Below are positions 18,802 through 27,126 of a stretch of 50,462 nt of DNA, piece after piece. The stretch's first letter is position 1. Each line of letters opens with the position of its first letter. The DNA is taken from assembly GCA_965215885.1 (NCBI GenBank), contig CBDCEW010000019.1, positions 1 to 50,462 on the forward strand, given 5' to 3'. The DNA is from Candidatus Moanibacter sp. (GTDB taxonomy: Bacteria; Verrucomicrobiota; Verrucomicrobiia; Opitutales; UBA2987). The translations under genes and the position numbers were made by a program. The notes under the pieces were generated by a model that saw only the letters and a program-made list of their open reading frames with translations, ran no database searches and was not told the origin of the DNA.

Positions 18802-21464
18802 ATCAGGACGATCCAAGATTTACCGCTTACGCCCTCGGCGAGGGACAGAACCTTTCTGAGGAGGATATTGCCGAGATTGAGAAGGCATTAGAAGAGAACC
18901 TTGATTTAAGAATCCAATGCGAGGAGATTCGAGCCGTTTCCGGTTTGCTTGAATCAGCCTTTTCCGATGAACCGGAGGAGGATCTGACGAAGGAACAGAA
19001 GCGTTCGATTCTTACGGCGTCGGGCCACGACCGCGATGAGATTGGGTCCACGAATCGCGTAACGCGAATTCCATGGTTGCCGATGCTCGGGATGGCAGCA
19101 TCCGTTTCGCTGATTGTGATTTTGACGAGCGTCTACCTTCGACAGATTTCGCCGACAGAGCCGTCTGTTATCGCGGATGAGAGCGGACCCGACCAAGAAG
19201 GAGTGAAGGCCAAAGCCCTACGTCTTGAGGATGTAAAGAGCGTCCCTGAGAAAGGAGCGGGCGAGACTATTATCGTGGCGGCCAATAAGGAAGTGGGATC
19301 ACGATCCAATAGTGAGATTGATTTGGATGTGGGACAGGGTGAGCAACTAATCGCCGCTAACGAATTTGATGCTGTTCCTAAGATTGAATCCATCGTTGTC
19401 ACGGAAGAAAGTGAGGGGTCAGCTCTTGCCCAGAAACGGCTGGATATGGGAGAGGACATTCCCTCGGTGCTATCGATTGTCTCCGAGCCCGAGAAAAGTC
19501 CTCCTACAGAAGAATTGCCAGTTCTGGCGCCTCTGGAGGCGACTGCGGAATTTCCTGGATCAGAAAAGGCAGAGACTGACACGAGCGATGCGGCAGGTGC
19601 GATTGCGTTAGGAAAAAGTAAGACTGAAGGAGCAACTTTACTCCCATCGAGTTCGTTGGCAGATTCGCAGGAATCTCTCCTGGCTTTCGCAATAGAAGAT
19701 CATCGAGCTGGTGAGAGTAAGGCACAACCGTCACAGGCGCGACGTGGTCTTCAGGCTGGGGAAAGAAAGCGAATCTTCTTGGCAAAGGAATCACCGATGA
19801 TTACGCGAAGTGAAGAGACGAGAAGGCCAGGCGCCGTTTCCGGGTATGCAATCGGTAGTCTCGCCGGTGTCAGTGAAGAGGTGCACATTCTTCCGCATCC
19901 CTACCCCATACCGGAGCCGCCTGGTCCACCATTGCGGTGGCCGATACCCATTCCTCCGCATGGTGATTTCAACACCGAGAGCTATGATTCAATAATGGAT
20001 AATCCGTTTGTGCGACCGGAAAGAGGGAACGCGCTCTCCACTTTCTCGATTGATGTGGACACTGCCAGCTACGCCAACGTGCGTCGTTTCCTCAACGCTG
20101 ACCGCCTTCCACCCAAGGACGCCGTGCGCATTGAGGAGCTGATCAATTATTTCCCGTACGACACTGTCGCGCCCGAAGGGGATAGGCACCCGTTTGCGGT
20201 TCATGTCGAGGTAGCTGCTCCCCCTTGGAAAGCGGATCATCGTCTGGTTCGCATTGCATTGAAAGGGAAGGAGATAGACTGGGAGGATCGCGTCGCAAGT
20301 AATGTCGTCTTTCTTATCGACGTTTCGGGCTCAATGCGACCTCTGAACAAACTCCCCCTGGTGAAGAAGAGCCTCGAAATGCTGACAAGGAGATTTGGTA
20401 AGCGTGATCGTGTGGCAATTGTCACCTATGCGGGCGCTTCAAGGGTGGCGCTACCCTCAACAACGGCAAACAATACCGAGACAATCCTGCACTCCATTCG
20501 GGGTCTGGGAGCCGGTGGGTCTACTCACGCCAGCGCGGGTATCGAAGAGGCCTACGAAATTGCCGGGAAGCATTTCACCAAAGGTGGAAACAACCGCGTC
20601 ATACTCTGCACGGACGGAGATTTCAATGTCGGGGTGACTGACCGGGGTGCGCTGGTTCGATTAGTCGAGGAGAAGGCGCGAAAAGGGATATTCCTTACCA
20701 TTCTCGGTTTCGGGATGGGAAATTTGAAAGAGGCAACTCTTGAAGAGCTCTCAAATCGGGGTAACGGCAATTATGGATATATTGATACACAAAGGGAGGC
20801 GCGAAAGGTATTTGTAGAGCAAGTGGCCGGAACCATGCTTACCATCGCCAAGGATGTAAGGGTTCAGGTCGAATTCAACCCCGCTCGGGTGGAAGCCTAC
20901 CGTCTGATCGGCTATGAGAATCGCAAACTCACCGCTCAGGACTTCAACGACGATACCAAGGATGCCGGGGAGATTGGCGCAGGCCACACTGTGACTGCCC
21001 TCTACGAAGTGGTGCCCTCAGGTGTGGAATTAGATCTTCCGAATATTGACCCGCTCAAGTACCAGAAATCTGCAAAGGCTCCGAGAGTCTCCGCAAGCGA
21101 CGAATTGCTCACGGTAAAACTCCGTTATAAACTGCCCGACGAAAAGAAAAGTAAGCTCCTGGATATACCGGTGATTGATTCGGAAAGTGGGTTTGACGGT
21201 GCTTCCGAGGATTTCCGGTTTGTCTCCTCTGTGGCAATATTCGGTATGATCTTACGCGACTCGCCCTACAAAGGGGAGAGCACCTTTGAGATGGCGCGCT
21301 CCATTGCGGAAAGGACCCAGGGCAATAACCGGGGAGGATATCGCTCCGAATTTCTCCATCTCATCGACCAGGCGGAAATGATCATGGAGAGGGAAAGTAA
21401 GGACAAATCAGTGCCGCCTCCCTCTCCGCTCCCCGAAGAACCGGTTCATCCGCTTCCGCGCTGA
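18798..21464 (+). CDS. Membrane-anchored VWA-domain protein (YfbK-like) with an N-terminal anti-sigma-like segment
   Basis: N-terminal TAYALGE segment, one TM helix, disordered linker, then STFSIDVDTASY, MIDAS FLIDVSGSM, LCTDGDFNVG and YRLIGYENR. ATGA overlap with the ECF sigma gene. Confidence 0.88.
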   Translation: MNQDDPRFTAYALGEGQNLSEEDIAEIEKALEENLDLRIQCEEIRAVSGLLESAFSDEPEEDLTKEQKRSILTASGHDRDEIGSTNRVTRIPWLPMLGMAASVSLIVILTSVYLRQISPTEPSVIADESGPDQEGVKAKALRLEDVKSVPEKGAGETIIVAANKEVGSRSNSEIDLDVGQGEQLIAANEFDAVPKIESIVVTEESEGSALAQKRLDMGEDIPSVLSIVSEPEKSPPTEELPVLAPLEATAEFPGSEKAETDTSDAAGAIALGKSKTEGATLLPSSSLADSQESLLAFAIEDHRAGESKAQPSQARRGLQAGERKRIFLAKESPMITRSEETRRPGAVSGYAIGSLAGVSEEVHILPHPYPIPEPPGPPLRWPIPIPPHGDFNTESYDSIMDNPFVRPERGNALSTFSIDVDTASYANVRRFLNADRLPPKDAVRIEELINYFPYDTVAPEGDRHPFAVHVEVAAPPWKADHRLVRIALKGKEIDWEDRVASNVVFLIDVSGSMRPLNKLPLVKKSLEMLTRRFGKRDRVAIVTYAGASRVALPSTTANNTETILHSIRGLGAGGSTHASAGIEEAYEIAGKHFTKGGNNRVILCTDGDFNVGVTDRGALVRLVEEKARKGIFLTILGFGMGNLKEATLEELSNRGNGNYGYIDTQREARKVFVEQVAGTMLTIAKDVRVQVEFNPARVEAYRLIGYENRKLTAQDFNDDTKDAGEIGAGHTVTALYEVVPSGVELDLPNIDPLKYQKSAKAPRVSASDELLTVKLRYKLPDEKKSKLLDIPVIDSESGFDGASEDFRFVSSVAIFGMILRDSPYKGESTFEMARSIAERTQGNNRGGYRSEFLHLIDQAEMIMERESKDKSVPPPSPLPEEPVHPLPR

Positions 21465-21472
21465 CTTGACCC

Positions 21473-21850
21473 TTGAAGCTTTTCTGTCGATGCCCTTCGA
21501 CTGCGCTCAGGGTAGACTGGGTTTCCGGGCGGTTGGCTAACGTTATGGCAGAGCCGAAACTTTCGGCCGGATGGCGGCACCGACGAAGTCCTCGTGCTCG
21601 TCCTCGTTCTCGGAGCGCAGCGATCTTTATGGAACGATCTATCCGAGAAATCACTCCTACCACCCTCCGATTCACTTTGATCGAGGGTCAACTTTGTATT
21701 TTGGCCTGTTTCGAGGATCCCGCTGAGCGGGAAGAACGAGAACGAGGACGATTTGTAGGAACCTGCCGTACGGCAGAGCGCTCTGACGCGAGTGTCGCCT
21801 GAAGTCGGAGGTCGAGTGTGGGTGGTATCCGCTGTAACCCGCAAATTTCA
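21473..21850 (+). repeat. Modular ~300-400-bp intergenic repeat, copy A (right boundary approximate)
   Basis: Shares gggtttccgggcg..gctaacgttat, (CTCGTC)n and (GACGAG)n arms and the ~100-bp core gaacgatctatccgagaaatcactc...tcaactttgtattttggcctgtttcgagga with copies at 26994-29695 and 44262-44565. Confidence 0.85.
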
Positions 21851-22011
21851 CAAGCCATCTGCTCCAACTGCGGATGTCACAGCGCCTCAAGGACTTCCCT
21901 CGTCCGCCGACTTCCACGTGTGCCAACACGCCGTCACCCGCCGGACTTTGGTAAGCCTTTGATCCGCAGCAACCTCCGCAGTCTCGCTGCGAAGTGTGTG
22001 AAATATGCGGG

Positions 22012-23040
22012 CTATCGCCTGAGGTCGGCTGCGAAGAAGGTGGGAAGGCGGTTGGGGGGTGTGGGGGTGGCGCGGGGTGGGGATGTGTGGTGGATGACCT
22101 GTGGTTGGTGCAAGTTACTACCGCCTCTGGTTATGGTCGTCGTGGTAGAGCGGTGACCATTTACATTGTGATGGACCGTGTTGACGTGACGGACAGTGTG
22201 GTGACGCCCGGAGATCGTGATAGATTGCTCCTGATGGAGGCGCGTACCCGGGCCAACCGAGCGATCGTTGACGGTCTTATGGTGAAAAACATGCTGATTC
22301 GAAGCAGGATTATTGTGGTGGCGTTGGTGGAGATTGGAGCCGTTGTGTGAGCCTCCATGATCGCTGTGCCTGATATACCTGGCAGAGCTTCCGCGGCGAT
22401 AAGGAGAGCGGCGAAAAGAATACCCTCGTGAATAACCTCCGTAATAGGTGGGAAAGCGGTAGTAAGGCCGGTCTCGATCGGACGATCGCGCACGCTCCTC
22501 CGCCCGGCGAGCACGTTCTTCAAGCTCTGCGATACGACGTCCCTGCTCGATGCGCTCCAATTCGGCTTTATATTTACTCTGAGCTTCATTCAATTCCGCG
22601 GATATATCCACTTCAGGGTAGTTGCGCTGAAACTTGCTCCAATAGCGCAAACGGTCTCCCGCGGCGGCGGATAGAAAGAGAGGATCACTCAACTTTTTCC
22701 TCTTTTGTAGTTCGCCCCGCTCGATCCTTTGTTGCCTGCGAATTTCCGCCATTCTCTCGGATTCTTGTCTTGCCCGCTCCTTTTCGACCCGATCTTGCTG
22801 GTGGGCCTCAGCGGTGAGGATGTCCACTTTTACGACCGAACCCCCTTTAAGCACGATTTCTCCGCGGTCGAAAAAGAGGACTTGCTTCCCCCCCATTTCA
22901 ATGACCCCTTGCGGTCTTCCCAGGATGTCGATGACCGTCTGCATAGAATCTCCGGCCCTCACGCGATCGTCGGTTTGGGCCTGGAGGGGGGCGGGCAGAG
23001 AGAGGAACATTGCCACCAATATTGGCAGGATCAGTCGCAT
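22012..23040 (-). CDS. Hypothetical exported protein with coiled-coil middle and His/Arg-rich disordered tail
   Basis: Signal peptide MRLILPILVAMFLSLPAPLQA, small globular domain (ILGRPQG), charged coiled coil, low-complexity C-terminus. Confidence 0.75.
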   Translation of the reverse strand: MRLILPILVAMFLSLPAPLQAQTDDRVRAGDSMQTVIDILGRPQGVIEMGGKQVLFFDRGEIVLKGGSVVKVDILTAEAHQQDRVEKERARQESERMAEIRRQQRIERGELQKRKKLSDPLFLSAAAGDRLRYWSKFQRNYPEVDISAELNEAQSKYKAELERIEQGRRIAELEERARRAEERARSSDRDRPYYRFPTYYGGYSRGYSFRRSPYRRGSSARYIRHSDHGGSHNGSNLHQRHHNNPASNQHVFHHKTVNDRSVGPGTRLHQEQSITISGRHHTVRHVNTVHHNVNGHRSTTTTITRGGSNLHQPQVIHHTSPPRATPTPPNRLPTFFAADLRR

Positions 23041-23085
23041 TCTTCTATAAGAGTATCATCGCACTTATTTTATTTCAACTGTATT

Positions 23086-23365
23086 TAGCCCGCTTTTCTC
23101 ACGCACGTGTTTAGCGTGATGGAAAATGGGCTAGTTCGATGTTTAAAGCAAGGGGTCAAGCCTTAGAAGGGTCTGTTTTTCGGGGTCAGCCGCCTTAGCA
23201 AATTGCCTGTAGCCTGCGAAGGGCGATTTGCAAGGCCTGACCCCTTTCAGCGAAGCAGAAAAACAGCCACTTCTCAAGGGCATGACCCCGAACTTCGAAC
23301 AATCCTGCAAGAACTTTAAGACCATAAGTCATCACGCTAAACACGTGCGTGAAAAAAGCGGGCTA
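23086..23365. repeat. MITE-like element with 36-bp terminal inverted repeats
   Basis: 23086-23121 matches 23330-23365 at 35/36 inverted; internal inverted pair aggggtcaagcctt / aaggcctgacccct. The right end supplies the TAG stop of the DUF445-like gene. Confidence 0.85.
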
Positions 23366-23977
23366 GGCGAGACTACCCGTCGCCCAGAGAATGAGTAGCT
23401 GGATCGTTCCTACAAGAAATCCAAGAACTCCACCCATGAGTTCGATAGTTCGAAATTCGTTACTGGCGACCTGGTTGACTACGCTTTCCAATTTATCCAG
23501 ATCGAATCCCGAGACCTGCTCTTCGATATAGGATTTAATGTTTAGCCTACTCTCGGCTTCGTCGGCCAGTTTCTCGACAAACCCAGGGGCGGCTTTGGTC
23601 ATCTCGTCGACAGCTTTTGTTTTAAGAGTAGCGAGCGTTGAATCATTTACGAAGGAGCCAACGAGAGGTATCTGCTTAAGCTGTTCTCCGACGCCCTGCT
23701 CAATAAGGCGGGAGATGAGATCGCTCAGATGCGGTCTGAGGTCTATGCCCCTGATATTGTCCCGCAGAAGGTGTTGCCCAAGAATTTCCCGTTCTACAAT
23801 TTCCCCGGTGCGGGTCGCAATTTCAGCCTGACGTCGAGGGATAAGTCCCTGCCATCTCCAACCGAGAATTTTAACCGGCCTCCTGGGTCGGAAGAGCATC
23901 TTGACGGCCACTTTGTTGGTGAGCCAGCCAATAAATGCTGTGATCAGGGGAATAGAAAGCACGAACCAAACATTCAT
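23363..23977 (-). CDS. DUF445-like membrane protein
   Basis: AFIGWLTNKVAVKMLFRP...QGLIPRRQ at the N-terminus and EFRTIELMGGVLGFLVGTIQ at the C-terminus. Confidence 0.87.
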   Translation of the reverse strand: MNVWFVLSIPLITAFIGWLTNKVAVKMLFRPRRPVKILGWRWQGLIPRRQAEIATRTGEIVEREILGQHLLRDNIRGIDLRPHLSDLISRLIEQGVGEQLKQIPLVGSFVNDSTLATLKTKAVDEMTKAAPGFVEKLADEAESRLNIKSYIEEQVSGFDLDKLESVVNQVASNEFRTIELMGGVLGFLVGTIQLLILWATGSLA

Positions 23978-24124
23978 AGCGGCGGAGAGTTAAGATATAG
24001 AGGGCCCGGTATCAATTGAAATCTCATCTGATTTTTCGTAGAATCTACGCTGAATATTCTTTCAATTTCAAATCGTCGGAAATTAGAGCTTTCCTCTACC
24101 AGAATTTCCGGACTGCATTAATCG

Positions 24125-25135
24125 ATGTTTCAGACTGCGCCGCTCGTCCGTAGCACGCCCAAAGGCCTCTATTGTGAAGCCGGGGATTTCTATATCGATC
24201 CATTCAGATCGGTTGCGCGCGCCGTCATCACTCATGCTCACAGCGATCATGCCCGGCCCGGATCAGAGGCATATCTCTGCGCGAGCCCAGGGATGGGCCT
24301 GCTTGGGGAACGAGTCGGTCTTGAGGCGAACATTGAGGGGCTGGCATTTGGCGTAATTCGCCGCATCAACAGCGTTCAGCTTTCCCTCCACCCAGCAGGG
24401 CACATACTGGGATCCGCCCAGGTTCGAATCGAACATGGTGGGGAAGTCTGGGTTGTAAGTGGTGATTACAAACGGCAGCCCGACCGCTCCTGTGAGTCAT
24501 TCGAGTTGGTGGAATGTGATACCTTTATTACGGAGTGCACCTTCGGGCTTCCGGTCTATCACTGGCCATCAGTGGATGTTGTCTTTGAAGAGATCAATGC
24601 CTGGTGGCGCTCAAACCAGCAATTGGATCTTACGAGCGTTCTATTTGCCTACGCTCTCGGAAAAGCGCAGCGTGTCCTGGCCGGCGTTGACCCGGAAATC
24701 GGGCCGATAGGGATACATGGGGCAGTGGCGCGCTTTCTGCCCTACTATGCCAGGGAGGGGTTTTTGCTGAATCCTGCTCGGCATGTTGAGTCGAATGCGA
24801 TCGCGGAGTTGAAGGGCAGAGGGCTTATCATCGCCCCGTCCTCCGCTCAAGGTTCAACCTGGCTGCGAAAATTCGGGAAGTCCTCGACCGCTTTCGCATC
24901 GGGCTGGATGCGCATTCGAGGGGCCCGTCGCCGTCGCGCCCTCGATCGCGGTTTCATTGTGAGCGATCACGTGGATTGGGATGGCCTGATCAACACGATT
25001 CGTGAAACGAGAGCGCAAAGCATCGGCGTGACACATGGCTATTCCTCCCCCCTCGTCCGCTGGCTCTCTGAAAATGGTTGGAATGCCTTCGAAGTCTCTC
25101 CGGAGCTAGCCGGTGAGGAGGGAGCGGACGAGTAG
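24125..25135 (+). CDS. Ligase-associated DNA damage response exonuclease (metallo-beta-lactamase fold)
   Basis: GLYCEAGDFYIDP, ITHAHSDHA, PAGHILGSAQ, VSGDYK, ECTFGLP, YALGKAQR, SDHVDW; directly upstream of an ATP-dependent ligase. Confidence 0.93.
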   Translation: MFQTAPLVRSTPKGLYCEAGDFYIDPFRSVARAVITHAHSDHARPGSEAYLCASPGMGLLGERVGLEANIEGLAFGVIRRINSVQLSLHPAGHILGSAQVRIEHGGEVWVVSGDYKRQPDRSCESFELVECDTFITECTFGLPVYHWPSVDVVFEEINAWWRSNQQLDLTSVLFAYALGKAQRVLAGVDPEIGPIGIHGAVARFLPYYAREGFLLNPARHVESNAIAELKGRGLIIAPSSAQGSTWLRKFGKSSTAFASGWMRIRGARRRRALDRGFIVSDHVDWDGLINTIRETRAQSIGVTHGYSSPLVRWLSENGWNAFEVSPELAGEEGADE

Positions 25136-25139
25136 ATCG

Positions 25140-26732
25140 ATGCGTCGGTTTACAAAGTTGTTTTCGGAATTGGATGAGACCAATCGCACGAATTTCAAAG
25201 TTGCGGCTCTGGAACGCTATTTCCGCGCCGTCGATTCTGCCGACGGCGCCTGGGCGGTATACTTTTTGAGCGGTAACCGGCTGCGAAATAGAATAAAGTC
25301 AGCTCTTCTGCGAGAGAGTGTGAGTGCGGTCAGTGAGCACCCGCTTTGGATGATAGAAGAATGCTATGACCGGGTGGGCGATCTCGCCGAGACGGTCGCG
25401 CTGCTGTTACCGGAGAGGAAAGTCGGTACGTCGCTGACCCTTCACGAGATTGTCGAGGAACGGATCCTGCCATTAAAGGACTCGGATGAACGAGAGCGAA
25501 TTGAATGTTTGACGAAAACCTGGAGCGAGTTGAACGGGATAGAGCGTTTCGTCTATAACAAGCTTCTCGCGGGCGGGTTTCGTGTAGGAGTGCAGAAGAC
25601 TCTTGTATTGAGAGCGTTGGCGTCGGTGGCGGGACTCGAACCTGCGGTCCTGGCGCATCGCATGGCGGGAACGTGGCAGCCGGTCCCCGGAGCCTTTGAG
25701 AACCTTCTGGCGCATGAGAGGGGTAATGACGACATCGCGCGTCCTTACCCTTTCTACCTGGCGTACCCGCTGGAGAAAGATCCTGCCAAATCGTTGGGGC
25801 GGGTAGAAGAGTGGATAATCGAGTGGAAATGGGATGGAATACGCGCACAGCTCATCAAACGATCGGGACAAATCATGTTGTGGTCTCGCGGAGAGGAGAT
25901 GATTTCCGATCGGTTTCCCGAAATTCTGACGGCGAGTGCATTATTATCCGAAGGGATCGTTCTGGATGGTGAGGTGCTGGCTTGGGAGGAGGGGAGGCCG
26001 CTACCCTTTGGGTCTCTTCAGAAACGCATCGGCCGCAAGAATATCACAGCCAGAATCCTGAAAGAGATTCCGACCGTCTTTATGGCCTACGATTGCCTGG
26101 AGTTTGAAGGGAACAATCTGTGTGATCAGCCCCTGGTGAATCGTCGATTGAGCCTTTTATCTGCTCTCGAGGGTCGGGGGCAGGATTTTCCGATTCTGCC
26201 TTCACCGTTAGTTGAGGAAAATTCCTGGAGCCGGCTTGAAGAGATCCGCGAAGAGTCGCGAAGCCGTGGAGTGGAGGGTTTCATGTTAAAGCGCTCGAAT
26301 TCGCCTTACCGTGTCGGTCGGGTGAAGGGAGACTGGTGGAAATGGAAAGTCGATCCCTTCACGATCGATGCGGTCCTCGTATACGCCCAGAGTGGGCACG
26401 GTCGCCGGGCTGGACTCTTTACTGATTACACTTTTGCGGTTTGGAGAGGGGAGCAGTTGCTCCCGTTTGCGAAGGCCTATTCCGGTCTCACGGATGAGGA
26501 GATCAGTCAGGTCGACCGGTTCGTGCGTCAGAATACGCTTGAGCGATTCGGTCCGGTTCGGGTTGTAAAACCCGAGTTGGTATTCGAAATCGCATTCGAC
26601 GGGCTTCAGCGATCTAAGCGGCACAAGTCAGGTGTCGCTGTGCGCTTTCCGCGGATTTCGCGCTGGAGGACAGACAAAGAGCCGAGTGAGGCCGATACGT
26701 TGGAGATTGTTGAAGCACTGTTGCCCGGCTAG
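25140..26732 (+). CDS. ATP-dependent DNA ligase
   Basis: Motif I EWKWDGIRAQ, LDGEV, EGFMLK, WWKWK and the OB-fold VAVRFPRI. Confidence 0.95.
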   Translation: MRRFTKLFSELDETNRTNFKVAALERYFRAVDSADGAWAVYFLSGNRLRNRIKSALLRESVSAVSEHPLWMIEECYDRVGDLAETVALLLPERKVGTSLTLHEIVEERILPLKDSDERERIECLTKTWSELNGIERFVYNKLLAGGFRVGVQKTLVLRALASVAGLEPAVLAHRMAGTWQPVPGAFENLLAHERGNDDIARPYPFYLAYPLEKDPAKSLGRVEEWIIEWKWDGIRAQLIKRSGQIMLWSRGEEMISDRFPEILTASALLSEGIVLDGEVLAWEEGRPLPFGSLQKRIGRKNITARILKEIPTVFMAYDCLEFEGNNLCDQPLVNRRLSLLSALEGRGQDFPILPSPLVEENSWSRLEEIREESRSRGVEGFMLKRSNSPYRVGRVKGDWWKWKVDPFTIDAVLVYAQSGHGRRAGLFTDYTFAVWRGEQLLPFAKAYSGLTDEEISQVDRFVRQNTLERFGPVRVVKPELVFEIAFDGLQRSKRHKSGVAVRFPRISRWRTDKEPSEADTLEIVEALLPG

Positions 26733-26934
26733 AAATCTGTCGGATTTCGATCTCGTGAAGTAGTATATGATCCCGTTCGACTGGACGAGATTTGCCATTC
26801 GGCATACTCTGGCAATCCAGCGTGCTGGTTGATTGGAATACTGGATTGCTTCGTCGTTCCTCCTCGCAATGACAATATTGTGGGGTTGTTTCATGACTTG
26901 CGGTTGATCCGCCGTAAGTCCGACAGAATCCTAA
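26730..26934. repeat. MITE-like element starting at the ligase stop codon, with a nested 34-bp REP-like unit
   Basis: TAGAAATCTGTCGGA ... TCCGACAGAATCCTA; internal ctggattgcttcgtcgttcctcctcgcaatgaca (26841-26874) also occurs at 36205-36238 and 38753-38786. Confidence 0.75.
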
Positions 26935-26940
26935 CCCGAA

Positions 26941-26963
26941 GTAGGAGCGGGTTTATCCCGCGA
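26941..26963 (+). repeat. GTAG-type REP-like hairpin
   Basis: GTAG-GA-GCGGG-TTTAT-CCCGC-GA; a second GTAG hairpin lies on the minus strand at 32084-32107. Confidence 0.55.
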
Positions 26964-27126
26964 TCGAACAAGCACGTATCGAGGCAAAACTTTCCGGATC
27001 AATCGAGGGTGAAACTAAGAGCGCATTGGTATGGGACTGCTCCCTTACCGGAGGCTATCCCAACTCGTCCTCGTCCTCGTTCTTCTCGCTCAGCGGGATC
27101 CTCGAAACAGGCCGAAAGACAAAGTT

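Noticed and set aside
21382..21929. Short ORFs here and at 29504-29935 and 44314-44508 that resemble each other
   Set aside because: The similarity comes from the shared non-coding repeat; frames and lengths are not conserved.
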